Of a stretch of 64,000 nucleotides of DNA, positions 24,453 through 38,464 are shown one piece after another. Made by a program: the position numbers and the translations under genes. Position 1 is the first letter of the stretch; each line of letters starts with the position of its first letter. Source of the stretch: Mobula hypostoma (taxonomy: Eukaryota); assembly GCF_963921235.1 (NCBI RefSeq), contig NC_086108.1, positions 116,624,001 through 116,688,000 of the forward strand, read 5' to 3'. Under the pieces are notes generated by a model. The model saw only the letters and a program-made list of their open reading frames with translations, had not been told where the DNA came from and ran no database searches.

Positions 24453-25700
24453 TTCATCTCTGTCAATGATGGCAATTACCCCCCGTGGAGCCCAATGTTC
24501 CCGGAACACCTCTATGGTCGCCGTGGACGGTGCGTGTTCCTTCTCAATATTTACCCAGGCACGAACAAAGCTAGGCAGTCTGCCTGGCCGGATCCTCCGC
24601 CACCTGTTTCCAAGACCCACGGATGGCTGATTTCGCCAGCTACAGGAAGGACATCCTCATCCCTTCATGCCCCCCACTTTACTGGATGACCAGGGTGGGG
24701 CTAAAATGCAACCGGAAGGCGAAAACAGCCCACACAGATACGCAAAGAGGGGCTGCAGCCTCACACACTCCATGTACATGTGGTACACGGTCTCCTCCAG
24801 TCCGCAGAAGTGACATGCGGCTGGGAGATCCGTGTACAAACTAAAGAACTGATTGCAGGGCGCCGCTCTATACAGCAGCCTCCACCTCAGATCCCCCAGG
24901 TGCGTGGGAAGAACTCTCTCATAAAGGGACTTCCATTGGGGTACTCCCTCACCACCAGGTGGAAAGACAGCTCGCCATGGCGTGTCGGGACGGTGGACCA
25001 GGGCAAGGAAGTGGAGAGTGTGGAGCAGCAGCCCATACGGGTACCTCCTACTTGCATGAATGGATTGTGGGTGTCGAGGAGAGACGGACTCGGCTCTCGG
25101 ACAAGATTGCGGGGCCTGGGCCCGACCAGCAGCTCAGCCCGAGTCGTTCCAACACCTGAGCTGCACCGACATCCGTTGAGGCAGGGCAAGGGTCGGCCAG
25201 GACTCCGCCCTCTGCCAGAGGAGGGGTTTCCTGGCCTGAAGTAACCATATTCCAGACTCTCAGCAGGTCCTGATAGAAGCCGGGCAGACTCTGAAGACAG
25301 CAGCCCCTTCGGAGAAAGAATGTCGCCAACACATGCCACCTGGGAGGGTGCTCGGTGTAGAAATCTCTGCAGGGTCCTGAGGCGGAGAGCCGCCAGTCAT
25401 GTACCTACACAAACCACGGACTGTCCGCCCTCTCCCACTGGGAGACTCAAGACCGCTGCAGAGACCCAATGTTTCCTGTTACCCCAGAAGTCTACTAGTT
25501 TCCTTCGCATTCTCGCGACAAAGGGGGCAGGTGGGGCCAAGATGTCGATCCGGTACCACAACATGGCCGCACCTGTTCCTTTGTTGGGGAGGCTGGGTGT
25601 GCTCGCTCCATCGGGGTTCTCCAGGGAGCCACGATGCTCGGTTCCCAGGTCTTTCCTCTTGGTCCAGACTTCATGAGCCCGGTTCGGGGATGCGGGGAAG
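24453..25700 (-). mobile_element. Decayed Tx1-clade LINE ORF2 3' part
   Basis: CHFCGLEETVYHMYMEC zinc knuckle; IEVFREHWAPRG C-terminus typical of Tx1. Confidence 0.8.
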
Positions 25701-25834
25701 GCATACTATCTTACTCCGGGGGTACTCTATCCAACTTCAATCTCATTGTCAATTTTGCATCCCACTCCTGACACCAATGTGGCGAGCATTTGGTCCATAA
25801 TGACAGAGGAGGAAGCTCGTTAAACTCAACAACC

Positions 25835-27675
25835 TTTGTATTTTTTAAATTTCAAAATATACTTTATTCAAAAATAAATTTATGTACAATAAACCATTCA
25901 ATGACTCTCAATCCTTTACAAATGGTTCCATTCCGGTCTATACATTTCCACACTTTTAGCCACCCACGTGGTGCTCTGTTGTTTCATCTTTCCACACTAT
26001 TGTTGAGGGGTATACTCCCCGCCACCCGACCCCCCCCCCCCACTCCCGCGGGAGAAGATCTCTAAACCGGGCCCTTGCGGTGGCTGCACCGAGTTTCAGC
26101 GCGTCCCTCAGCACGTACTCCTGCAGCCGAGAATGTGCCAGTCGGCAGCATTCTCCCACGGACATCTCCATGTGCTGGTAGATCATCAAGTTTCGGGCCG
26201 ACCAAAGAGCGTCTTTCACCGAGTTGATGATCCGCCAGCAGCACCGGATGTTGGTCTCCGTGTGTGTCCCCGGGAACAGCCCGTAGATCGGAGAGTTTCC
26301 TCTGTTACGCAGCTGCTGGGGATGAAACGTGACACTAGCCCGTCCACCCTCCTCTGCGAACTGAGTGTACAAAGAGGTGGGTCACAGACTCCTCCTCACT
26401 GCAGTCCTCCCGTGGGCAGTGGGGTGCGGAGACGACGTTCCGGGCGTACAGGAGGGCTCTGACTGGGAGGGCCCCTCTCACCGCCAGCCAGGCGAGGTCT
26501 TGGTGCCTGTTGGTGAGATCTGGCGATGAGGCATTTTGCCAGATGAACTGGACGGTCTGCTCAGGGAACCACCCCACTGTGTCCATCACGTCCTTCTCCT
26601 GCAGTGCCTGCAGGACACTACTGCCATCCACTGCCTGATGGCCCTGTGGTCAAAGGCGTTCTCCTGGAAGAACTTTTCTACGAACGACAGGTATAGCGGC
26701 AACGACCAGCTGATGGGGCGTTGCGCGGGAGTGGGGCCAGACCCATTCTTCGTAGCCAGGGCAACAGGTAGAACCAGGGCACATAGTGGTACTTTGTGCC
26801 CACATACCTGGGTTCTACATACAACCTGATGCAGCCACACACGAAGCTGGCCGTCAGGGTGAGGGCGACATTGGGGACGTTCTTGCCCCCATTGTCCAGG
26901 GACTTGTGTATGACGGTCCGTCTCACCCGCTCCATCTTGGATCCCCAGACGAATCTGAAGACAGCCCGGGTGATTTCCGAGCTGTAGGAGCAGGGGACGG
27001 GTCACACCTGCGCCAAGTACAGCAGCCCTGAGAGCACCTCACACCTGATGACCAGGTTCTTGCCAGTTATCGACAGGGAGCGCTCTCCCCACAGTCCCAG
27101 TTTCTGTTTCACCTTGGTAGTCCGCTCCTGCCAGTTCTTACTGCACGCCTCGGCCCCTCCGAACCAGATCCCCAACACCTTCATGTGATCAGACCTGATG
27201 AAGGGGACGCTAGATCGGTCGGGCCAGTTGCCAAAGAGCATGGCTTCGCTCTACGTGCGGCTGACCCTGGCCCCCGACGCAAGATCAAACTGTTCGCAGA
27301 TGCCAATCAACCTGCGACCTGACCTCGGATCAGAGCAGAAGACGGTGACGTCGTCCATGTACAGGGAGGTTTTCACTTGGGTCCCTCCACTGCCTGGCAG
27401 CATCACCCCTCTTATGCCCTCATCCCTCCTAATGGCTTCGGCAAAGGGCTCTATGCAGCACACAAACAAGACAGGGGAGAGAAGACAGCCCTGCCTGACT
27501 CCAGACCTGATGGAGAAGCTGTCTATTTCCCACCCGTTGACCTGGACTGCACTACGGATGTCTGTGTAGAGCAGTCTGAACCAATTCCAGATTTCCTCCC
27601 CAAATCCCATTTTGGAGAGCACGTCCGCCTTGGACATGTGCGATATCCTGTCGAAGGCTTTCTCCTGGTCCAAGA
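25835..27675 (-). mobile_element. Tx1-clade LINE (RT through 3' end), decayed
   Basis: LDQEKAFDRISH, GVRQGCLLSP, SLYMDDV, GGKNVPN, CPREDCSEEESVTHL; AATAAA and A-rich 3' end near 25840-25867. Confidence 0.9.
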
Positions 27676-28009
27676 CTGTTACTATTGAGTAAAACACCCA
27701 TTAGAGTTATTGACCCCTTCCTATTCCTAACCTCCACCCACAGAGACTCCGTAGACAATCCCTCCAGGGCGTCCACCTTTTCTGCAGCCGTGACACTCCA
27801 TGACCCGGAGAGTGAACCCTGCAAGTCATACAGACGGGTGAGGTGACCATCACAAACTCCCATTACGGTTAGGGTGACCGACAAATACACAAGCAAATAG
27901 CTGAATAACCCAAGCTAAAATGTAACAATACATGAACTGGAACTTCCCACCATAACCACACAAAAGCATTTTAACATAAGATCAATAAACAGTAATGACC
28001 ATCAGTCAT

Positions 28010-29290
28010 TGTTGCTTTGCTGTCATCCCCACTAGTGTTCCCTTTCAATTAACTTTGGCCAGCTCTTCTCTCTTGCCTCTAATTCTCTTTACTCCACTGT
28101 AATACTGATACATCTGAGTTTTGCTTCTCCCCATCAAATTGCAGGGTGAATCTATCATATTATGATCACTGGCCCATTAGAGTTCATTTACCTTAAGCTC
28201 CTTAATTCAGTTCATTACACAACATACAATCCAGAACATCTGATCCCCTAAAGGGTTCAACGACAAACTGATCTAAAAAGCCAGCTCATAGGCATTCTAC
28301 AAATTCTCTCTGGGGATCCAGCACCAATCTGATTTTCCCAAATTACCTGCATATTGAAATCCATTATAACTATTATAACATTGCCCTTTTATTATGCATT
28401 TGCCATCTCCCATTGTAATCTGTAGCCCACGTCCTGGCTACCATTTGGAGGTTTGTATACAACTCCCATCAAGGTCTTTTTACCATTGCAGTTTCTTAAC
28501 TCTCCCCACAAGGATTCTACACATGATCCTATGTTACTTCTTTCTAATGATTAGATTTCATTTTTTACCAACAGATCCATGCCACCCCGTCTGCCTACTT
28601 GACTGTCCTTTTGATACAATGTGCATCCTTGGATGTTATGCTCCCAGCTGTAAGCTTCTTTCACCAATGACTCAGTGACGCCTATATCATACTTGCGAAT
28701 CTCTAACCGCACTTCAAGGTCATCTATCTTCTATATACTGCGTGCATTCAAATATAACACTTTCAGTCCTGTTTTCATCACCCTTTTTGATTTTGTCCCC
28801 ATGTTACACTGTAACTCATCCCACTGACTGCAATTCTGCCCTGTCATCTGCCTGTCCTTTCTCAGATTACGTACTGCAACAACTTGTATAGACTGCATAC
28901 TACATTGACTTGTATAGGTTGCATAATACGTACTACATTGACTTTTACAGACTGCATACTTTATTGACTTGTATAGATTACATTCTACATACTTTATTGA
29001 CTTCTATACCAACTGCCCCATCCTCAGCCTTTTCACTCTAGTTCCCATCCCTTTGGAAAATTAGTTGAAACCCTCCCCAACAGCTCCAACAAACCTGCTC
29101 GCAAGGATATTGTTCCCCCACAGGTTCAGATGTAATCCTAACCCATAGCTTCCACAGAAGGGAAGCCATTGATCCAGAATCTGAACCCCTGCCCCATTAC
29201 CAGTTCCTCAGCCATACATTCATGTGCCAAATCATCTGTTGTTACCCTCACTGGGGCATTACATTGGCACAATCCAGAGAATACTACCCT
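28010..29290 (-). mobile_element. Old CR1 5' region/endonuclease fragments
   Basis: Degenerate EN-like sequence homologous to 56890-57500 and 34240-35450. Confidence 0.65.
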
Positions 29291-29299
29291 ACATTTCAA

Positions 29300-31230
29300 G
29301 TTTTCACTGCTAAAGGCAGAAGTTCCCACTTGCTTCAAAAAAAAAGCAACAATTATACCAGTGCCTAAGAAGAATAATGTGAGCTGCCTTAATGACTATC
29401 ACCCAATAGCGCTCACATCTACAGTGATGAAATGCCTTGAGAGGTCGGTCATGACGAGACTGAACTCCTGCCTCAGCAAGGACCTGGACCCATTGCAATT
29501 TGCCTATAGCCACAATAGGTCAACGGCAGACGCAATCTCAATGGTTCTTCACATGGCCTTAGACCACCCAGACAACACAAACACCCATGTCAGGATGCTG
29601 TTCATCAACTATAGCTCAGCATTTAACACCATCATTCCCAGAGTCCTGATTGAAAATTTACAGAACCTGGGCCTCTGCAATTGGATCCTCGACTTCCTAA
29701 CCAGAAGATCACAATCTGTATGGTTTGTTGATAACATATCCTCCTCGCTGACGATCAACATTGGTGCACCTCAGGGATGTGCGCTTAGCCCATTGCTCTA
29801 GTCTCTCTATATCCATGACTGTCTGGCTTGGCATAGCTCAAATACCATCTATAAATTTGCTGATGATACAACCATTGTTGGTAGAATCTCAGATGGAGAT
29901 GAGTGGGCATATAGGAGTGAGATTTACCAGCTAGTTAAGTGGTGTGGCAGCAACAATCTTCCATTCAATGTCAGAAAGACCAAAGTGCTGATGTGGACTT
30001 CAGTAAAGATAGGATGAGAAAACACGAACAAACCCTAATAGCGGTATCAGAAGTGGAGAGTGTGAGCAATTTCAAGTTCCTAGTTGTCAAAATCTCTGAA
30101 GGTTTAACCTGGTCCCAACACATTGATACAGCTATAAAGGAGGCAAGACAGCAGCTATATTTAATTAGGAGTATGAGGAGATTTAAAAACACTTGAAGAC
30201 TTCTACAGATGTACTGTAGAGAACATTCCACAGGCTACATACTTCCCTGGTATGGGGGGAGGGAGCTAAAGCACACGATCGAATGAAGCTACAGAAAGTT
30301 GTAAAATTAGTCAACTCCATCATGGGTACTAATCTCCAAAGTATTCAAAACATCTTCAAGGAGCCATGCCTCAGAAAGGTGGCATCCATTAGCAAGGATT
30401 CCCATCACCCAGGACATGCCTTCTTCTCACTGTTATCATAAGACCATAAGACATAGGAGCAGTATTAGGCTATTCAATCATAGCAGATCCCTGTTTTTCC
30501 TCAACCCCATTTTCTGGTCTTCTCCCTTTAACCTTTGATGACATGTCCAATCAAGAACCTATCAATCTCTGCCTTAAGCAAACACAATGAATTGGCCTCC
30601 ACCACTGCACGTGGCAATAAATTCCAGAAATACACCACACTCCGGCTAAGGAAGTTTCTCCACATCTGTTTTGAATGGATGCCCCTTTATCCTGAGGTTG
30701 TGTCCTCGTGTCCCAGTCTCTTCCACCATGGGAAACATCCTTTCCAAATCTACTCTGTCGAGTCCTTTCAACATTCGAAAGGTTTCAATGAGACCGCCCC
30801 CCCGCCCCCCCAATTCTTCTAAATTACAGCGAGTACAGACCCAGAGCCATCAAACGTTCCTTATATGATAACCCTTTCATTCCTGGAATCATCCTTGTGA
30901 ACCTCCTCTGGACCCTCTCCAATGACAACAAATCCTTTCTAAGATAAGGGGCCCAAAACTGTTTACAATACTCAAGGTGAGGCCTCACCAGTGCCTTCTA
31001 AAGCCCCAACATCACATCCCTGCTCTGGTACTCCAGACCTCTTGAAATGAATGCTAACATGACATCTGCCTTCCATACCACTGACTCAGTCTGCAAGTTG
31101 CCATCAGGAAGGAGGTGTAGGAGCCTGAAGGCACACACTCAGTGACTCAGGAACAGCTTCTTTCTCTCTGCCATCCCTTTCCTAAGTGGACATTGAACCC
31201 ATGAACACCACCTCACTACTTTCTATTATT
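29300..31230 (+). mobile_element. Rex1/Babar LINE RT, interrupted by a minus-strand CR1 3' fragment (~30438-31100)
   Basis: ORF 29169-29801 ([40 protein letters not shown]). Rex1 sequence resumes at ~31100. Confidence 0.88.
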
Positions 31231-31894
31231 TGACCTGAGTATTCCTGGGTCACCATTCTCCCTGAAGGAGCTGACTACCAGGGTCCGATAAATGGGGAAG
31301 TCATGACTCCTACATGTGTTACTCAGGGTTGGGTGACCAAAGTAACGTGGGAGCCCCTGGGCAAGGTCAAGGTGTTTTAAGACTTTCTTCCATACTTCCT
31401 GGAGGCCAATAGGTCGCCCAAACTAGGGGCAGGAGGCTGAATACAGTGCATTATGATGAGCAGGGGTCCAGCCCAACCCCAACCCCAGAAACAGGAAGAG
31501 GAACAGGCTGTGGGTGTTATTTTCAAATCAGAGGAGTGGGGTTACCCATCCCCTGCAAAAGGTCCTAAGGCTGAGAATACTGCTGTCGTGGGACCGCTCA
31601 GTGAGGCTGTTCCCATAGTATGGTGAGCCTGTCACTTTATGCAACCCTGATCTCGCTGGACCCATTGTGAGGAAGTGCAGGGAGTGCTTTGGGAGGACCA
31701 GTCAACAGTCAGTCCTGAGCGCATCTGGTAGCTGGACACTCCCCTATCACTGGAGGAGTTGAACAACACCCTTAACCAGTTATGCAAATCCCTGGGGTTG
31801 GACAGGCTGACTGTGGAATTCCTCAGGGCCTTCTGGGACATACTGGGTGCTGATTACTCCAGGATGTGGTGACAGGCTCCTTCCACAAATGTAC

Positions 31895-32123
31895 AGTAGA
31901 CAGCATTCTGACTGGCTACATCACCATTTGATATGGTGGGGAGAGGGGGTGGAGAGCATTCTGACTGGCTACATCACCATTTGATATGGTGGGGAGGGGG
32001 GGTGGAGAGCATTCTGACTGGCTGCATCACCATTTGTTATGGGGGGGGTGGAGAGCATTCTGAATGGCTGCATCACCATTTGATATAAGGCGGGGTTGTG
32101 GAGAGCATTCTGACTGGCTACAT
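31895..32123 (+). repeat. ~51-bp tandem amplification of a Rex1 fragment (GAGAGCATTCTGACTGGCTACATCACCATTTG...)
   Basis: About five direct copies visible; matches Rex1 'ESILTGCIT' coding sequence seen at 55584. Confidence 0.8.
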
Positions 32124-33258
32124 TGTCACAACGGTGGGGGGGCATTGGGAGCAAGGGTGGACCCAATTGCAAGACACATCTTGTGAGGTTAATTAAATTT
32201 AGTTTACTGTTTGATATCAGGAGAGCTAGGCAGGAGCAGGAATAGCGAACTGGACAGGGACTGAGGACTACAACTAGGCTGGGACAAGGGTCTGGGCTAG
32301 GACTCGGAATCGGCTCCCAGAACTAGAGGAGACATGAAGAGGCTAGGGTATGGACTCCGAGCCCGAGACTGGGCAAGGACCCAGTACCTGGGTCTTGCCT
32401 CGGGCTCGGACCCCAGAACCAGGCATGGACATGACATGGGCTAGAGAGAGGAGGAAAACAGAGCCTCGGTCTCGGGAGAGCAGGTACATGGAACCATGGA
32501 CACATACACAGAACAGAGAGCCAAGACCCCTCCTTGGGCACAGGACATAGGGCCGGGACTCATGACCCTCCGCGGGGCAACGGCAAGACGGCCTGACTTA
32601 CCCCACGGAGGCGAGGACAAGACACGACCAGACCAACACGAATGAACACCAGACAGTACCTATCTAGCTCCCGTGATGGAACTAGACCAAAGTGCAGGCG
32701 GGGGCTACAGACGAGGGCTAGAGGCGAGAGGGGCAGAGAAGGGATTCAGACAAGGGGGTAGGACAGGAATCACAGATCGCCAGGGCCAGGACTAAACTCA
32801 GAACTGGGAAGCCGCCGGGGCCAGGCGTGGACGTGGTACTTGGAAGCCGCCGGGGCCAGGACGTGGTGCTTGGAACCTCGGGTAGTGCCGAGCTCTCGAC
32901 TCGGCCCGCGAACAGTACACAGCGGCTCTTGATTCTCTCCGGCGGGTTAACTGACGGACTCACCTTGGTGAGGAAACTTTGCATGCTCGCTTCGGCGAGG
33001 TAACTGGACAGGGTTGCCTCGGTGAGGAAAGGCGAATTACCGACTCTCGCTCCGGACAGATGACATTGGTACGTCGTGACTTTGCAGACGCTCCAGCACC
33101 GAAAGGCTGAAAGCCGGAGACTATAAACTACTGGTTCAGCCGAGTGTTAATTGCCTCTAATCACCAAAGTCGAGGGACATGGGAAAACAGGGAATCAACG
33201 GTCCAGATCGTAACATAAACAAGCTAAATTTAAAGGGACCCCGATCCGGACCATGACA
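32124..33258 (-). mobile_element. Solo LTR (1135 bp), TGTCA...TGACA termini, 5-bp TSD T(A/G)CAT
   Basis: TACAT 32119-32123 and TGCAT 33259-33263; the host Rex1 repeat resumes after it. Strand is tentative. Confidence 0.8.
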
Positions 33259-33439
33259 TGCATCTCCATTTGGTGTGGTGAGGGTTGGTTATTGCACAAG
33301 GTCAAAGTAAGATTAGTTGCTCTATCATGACTACAAGCCTCCGTAGCACGAAGGCACCTTCAATGAGTGGTGCCTTAGAAAGGCCATGCTCATCACTCAG
33401 GACCTCCAATACGTCACTGCAGATTTTTCTCTATTTATT

Positions 33440-35455
33440 TATAGAAACAGAAAACCTACAGCAAAGTAGAGGCCCACTGGCCCACAAAGCTGTGCTGAAC
33501 ATGTTCTTACCTTAGAAATTACTAGGGTTACCCATAGCCCTCCATTTTTCCAAGCTGCATGCATCTATCCAGGAGTCTCTTAAAAGACCCTATCGTATCC
33601 GCCTTCACTACCTTTACCGGCAGTCCTTTCCACGCACTCACCATTCTCTGCGTAAAAAACTTACCCCTGACATCTCCCCTGTACCTACTTTCAAGCACCC
33701 TAAAACTGATTAATAGTATATTCTGTCATTATAGTTGACCTACCAAAATGAACCACCTCACACTTATCTGTGTTGAACACTTCTCAGCCCAGTTTTGCAT
33801 CCTATCAATGTCCCGCTGTAACCTCTAACAGCCCTTCACACTATCCACAATACCCCCAACCTTTGTGTCATTAGCAAATGTACTAATCCATCACTCCACT
33901 GTCACACTTGATTGGTCCTATTCTCTCATGTCTTATCCTCTTGCTCTTCACATGTAGAATGCCTTATGGCCCGTTCTGGCTCTCCTAATTTCATTTTTAA
34001 GATTCTTCTTGCTAGCCTTATAATCTTCTAGATCTCTATCATCACCTAGTTTTTTGAACCTTTTGTAAGCTCTTCTTTTCTTCTTGATTAGATTTACAAC
34101 ACCCTTTGTACACCACGGTTCCTGTACCCTACCATCCTTTCCTTGTCTCATTGGAACGTACTTATGCAGAACTCCAGGGAAAAATCCCCTGAACATTTGC
34201 CACATTTCTTTCACACATTTCCCTGAGAACATCGGTTTCCAATTTATGCTTGCAAGTTCCTGCCTGATAGCCTCATCTTTCCCCTTGTCCTAACTTGTCT
34301 GTTCATATCCCCCTCCAAAGCTATGGTAAAGGAGATAGAATTGTGATCATTATCTCCAAACTGCTCTCCCACTAAGAGATCTGACCCCTGACCAGGTTCA
34401 TTTCCCAATACCAGATCAAGTACAGCCTCTCTTCTTTTCGGCTTATCTACAATTGTGTCAAGAAACCTTCCTGAACACACCTAACAAACAAACTCCACCC
34501 CATCTGAACCCCTCACTCTAGGGACATTCCAATCGATATTTGGGAAATTAAAATCTCCCACCACGACAACCCTGTTATTTTTACATCGTTCCAGAATTTA
34601 TCTCCCTATCACCTCCTTGATGTCCCCGTTACTCTTGGGTGGTCTATAAACAACATCCAGTAAAGTTATTGACCCCTTCCTATTCCTAACTTCCACCCAC
34701 AGAGTCTCCGTGGACAACCGATCCATGACTTCCTCATTTTCTGCAGCCATGACACTATCTCTGATCAACAGTGCCACGCCCCCACCTCTTTTACCTTCCT
34801 CCCTGTCCTTACTGAAACATCTATAACCCAGCACCTAAAGTAACCATTCGTGCACCTGAGCCATCCAAGTCTCTGTAATGGTCACAATATCATAGCTCCA
34901 AGTACTGATCCACACTCTAAGCACATCCGCTTTGTTCATGATGCTTCTGGCATTAAAATAGACAAATCTCAAACCATCAGTCTGAGCACGTCCCTGCTCC
35001 CTCTCGCACTGTCTCCAAGCTTTCTCTGTTCGTGAGCCAACTACCTCTTCCTCCGTCTCTTCAGTTCGGTTCCCACCTTCCAGCAATTCTAATTTAAACT
35101 CTCCCCAATAGCCTTAGCAAACCTCCCCGCCAGGATATTGGTCCCCTCTCAGATTCGAGTGCAACCCGTCCTTTTTGTACAGGTCACACCTGCCCCAAAA
35201 GAGGTCCCAATGATCTTGAATCCCTGCCCTCTGCTCCAATCCCTCAGCCACGCATTTATCCTCCAACTCATTCAATTCCTGTACTCACTGTCGCATGGCA
35301 CAGGCAGTAATCCCGTGATGACTACCTTTGTGGTCCTGCTTCTCAACTTCCTTCCTAACTCCCTGTCGTCTGCTTTCAGGACCTCCTCCCTTTTCCTGCC
35401 TGTGTCGTTGGTCCCAATATGTACCACAACCTCTGGCTGTTCTCCTTCCCACTAA
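33440..35455 (-). mobile_element. Internally deleted CR1 (ORF1 esterase, EN, 3' end)
   Basis: VVVHIGTND-type ORF1 motif near 35400-35430; YFNARSIMNKAD and YRPPKS EN motifs; CR1 3' tail at ~33440. Confidence 0.88.
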
Positions 35456-36769
35456 AATATCATGTATTTTATTGTACTGCTGCCATAAAGTAAACAAATT
35501 TCTACACGCATGCCGGTGAGATTAAACCTGATCCTGATTCTGAATATTTTGGTGTAGGGCAGTGGTGATCCTCCCGCGAAAGAAGGGGGATCTTTCCCGC
35601 CTGGGGAATTGGCGCCCAGTGTCTCTCCTGTGCACTGAATATAAGGTGTTTGCCCCGGTAATGGCCAATCTTCTGGGCTCCATGCTGTCCCAAATGATCC
35701 ATCCAGACACGGTCCCCGGCCGGTCCGTTGACGCTAATGTGACCTGAACCATCTGTCCCGCGAGTCTGGGCCGTCAGTCTCGATCAGGAGAAGACGTTTG
35801 ACACGGTGGATCATGACTACCTCCTCGGGACTCTGCGCGTGTTTGAACTCTGATCACATTTTGTTCCCGTGTCCGTCTGCTGTTCGCTGCCGCGGAGTGC
35901 CTGATATAGGTCAATGGATCCTAGACAGCGCCCTTCTGTTTGGGGGGGGGGGGTCATGGCTGCCTGATGTCGGGACATCTGTACTCTGTCTGCGTAGAGA
36001 CTTTTCTGTGCCTTCTTCAGAAGCGGTTGGCAGTCTGGCTCTGCGCAAGTCGGAGCCGGCTTATGCCAGTGATGTCCTCCTTATCACCGACCCTGTTAGA
36101 GACTGCCAGTGGGTCTCCTTAGCCGCATCCTCTGCCACGTACTGGCGAAGCATGTTCTCCGAGCACCGTCCGTGGAGGCACGCACTAGCGAAACACTTAC
36201 CAGGGTCAAATGGTCATTGGGGGCGGGGCAGACCTCCCGACCAGAGGAGATCAAACCATGCACCTCGTCTCTCTGGGGGTCTAACTGCGGAGACTGGGCC
36301 GGGAACTGGTGGGACTCTGCCCGGCTGGGACACTGGTCTGGTCTACTCTGGGCAGGTCGTAGGTCATCAACCGGCTGGTAACCTCCATGCTTTGGTACCG
36401 GTTGGTCACTGTATGTGGACAGAGAGGACCCAGAGAAAGTTGGTGGGCTTCTGGGATGATGGGAAGCAATGGTCCCTGCTCTGGTCCAGAGTCTTCCTGT
36501 TGGGGAGGGGGTCAGTCACTGGTGAGTGTATGTACCCAGATGGCTGCTCTCTGTCTCTGTCTCATGTTCTCCGAGCACCCTCCGTGGAGGCACGCACTGG
36601 CGCAGCGTTACTCCACCGGGGGCTTTGCCCTCAGGAGGGTGCACAGCTTCCGGCGGCAAGCCCCAGCTGCTTCGCTGTGCGAGAGCTGACAGGTTTTTAC
36701 CGGGAGCTACTGCAGGTCCAGTAGGGTCTCCTCCGGTCAGAGTCCTCCTGAGCCTGCGGGGGTAGGCGC

Positions 36770-36945
36770 TCGGGCGGCTGGCGAGATCGCTTCCCAGCCC
36801 GTGAGGGCGGCTGGGGAGACCGTTTCCCGTCCCGTGAGGGCGGCTGGAGAGACCATTTCCCGTCCCGTGAGGGCGGCTGGCGAGATCGTTTCCCATCCCG
36901 TGAGGGCGGCTGGAGGGACCGTTTCCCGTCCCGTGAGGGCGGCCG
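36770..36945 (+). repeat. 33-bp GC-rich minisatellite (~5 copies) inside Tx1 remnant
   Basis: CCGTGAGGGCGGCTGG.GAGA.CGTTTCCCGTC repeated. Confidence 0.9.
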
Positions 36946-37735
36946 GCGAAGTGGACTGGCTATGGCCGCACCAACCCCTGCTCCACCGGAGGCGCTCATG
37001 GGACACGAACCCCGAGATCTCCTTCGGGAGCCAGTCCCGCACGGCATGTGCTGCCGTGTCGCTCCTCGACGTGCTGAGATGGTTCCCTGCACACTTTTCA
37101 CTTCATTGCCCTCTTCTGCCGTATGGACTCGCCGTGGCGGTCTGTCTTATCACCAGGCGGTGAAGGGGGTCCCTAGTGGACGTCTCTCCATGCGGGCGTG
37201 TTTCCCCTGTACGTTGAGACCTGGGGTGGAGGGTGTTGCACAGGGCAGTACCGTGTAATAGATTCCTGGGCAGGTTCACTGAAACGCCGTCCACCTGTCC
37301 TTCCTGTGGACGGGAGGAGTCAGGTACCATGTCTACATGGAGCCCGAGGGGTTGCAGCCCCGGTTTGAATATCTGAAGGGGCTGCTCCTCTCGTTCTGGC
37401 TGCACTCCTGCTTTATGGGCACCCAGTACGGGAGGCTGGGGGTGGGGGTCGACGCTCGTTGGATGTTCTGGTAGGCTTGCTCCTGGATCTGACCAAGATG
37501 CCCATTCGCGGGTCCAGACAGCGGTCTGCCTGTCCAGGTCAGTGTGTCCTTAGAAGGGGAGCAGGTGCAATGGGGGATTTTCGGAAACGGTGACCCACCA
37601 GGGAATTGACTGCGTTTTCGTTGGTAAAAACTGTAATTTAAATTCACAAACTGTATTGTAACCCCCAATTTGAATTCGAATAAAGTTTTGTACGTTTGTG
37701 AAAAAAATGGGTGGGACTGAGAGAGCAGCACTTAC

Positions 37736-38464
37736 CAGAGGGGCGGTACTGAGGGGGCCTCATGCTGAGTGAGCGGGAAAGTGCTCTGAGATTATCCGTA
37801 CTAACGGAGCGCCGCGCTGTGACTGGAGCGGTACCGAGGGAGCGCCACCGCACGCAAAGGGAGGAGCTGAGCGAACAGGGCGCCGAGGGAGGGTAGGTAC
37901 TGTCGGACTGCTGCGCTGTAGAACGATCCGTACTGAGGGAGCGCCTCGTCGTGAAAGAAGCAGTACCTAGTGAGCGCCATGCTGTAAGTGGAGCGGTACA
38001 GAGGGAGCGCCGCGCTGAGGAAACAGCGATGCCGAGGGAGTGTCGTGCTATAGAAGGAGCGGTACCGATGGAGCGCCGCGCTGTAGAAGGAGCGGTACCG
38101 AGGGAGCTCCGCGCTGAGGGAAGAGCGGCACCGAAGGAGTGCCGTGCTATAGAAGGAGCAGTACCGAAGAAGCGCCGCACTGAGGAAGGAGCGATACCGA
38201 GGGAGTGCCGTGCTATAGAAGGAGCGGTACCGAAGGAGCGCCGCGCTGAGGAAGGAGCGATACCGAGGGAGTGCCGTGATATTGAAGGAGCGGAAACCGA
38301 GGGAGCGCCGCGCTGAGGAAGGAGCGGTACTGATATGTGCTATCGCACTATGTCTTGGGTGCTTGGACTGGAAGACAGGACAGTGATGGAACATCAATTC
38401 TCTCCTCAACGAGTTAACGAGCCCCTCCGGTTCGCTGCTTCCAATCTGTTGTGAGAGGGAACTC
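37736..38464 (-). CDS. Candidate exon of an unrecognised gene, encoding an 11-aa (33-bp) Ser/Arg/Pro repeat GTAPSSARRSL; contains a +1 frameshift at ~38291-38293
   Basis: Acceptor TAAATCAG|G at 38464, strong donor CTG|GTAAGT at 37736. Open frame SSLSQQIGSSEPEGLVNSLRRELMFHHCPVFQSKH..., then the repeat; the frame is open to the donor if one A is removed. Confidence 0.5.

Larger units (their letters stand above)
31235..37708 (+). mobile_element. Fragmented Tx1-clade LINE (pieces ~31235-31865 and ~35560-37708) carrying nested Rex1, LTR and CR1 insertions
   Basis: LGLDRLTVEFLRAFWDILG at ~31790-31847 continues as LPRKKGDLSRLGNWRPVSLLCTEYK at 35562. CPSCGREESGTMSTWS-like zinc-knuckle remnant near 37295-37340. 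AATAAA and A-tail at 37679-37707. Confidence 0.75.

Noticed and set aside
35798..36724. 308-aa ORF
   Set aside because: Out-of-frame read-through of a GC-rich decayed Tx1 ORF2.
24453..37708. Tx1 target-site RNA genes (U2, tRNA, 5S) next to Tx1 3' ends
   Set aside because: No recognisable snRNA, tRNA or rRNA sequence at the Tx1 junctions.
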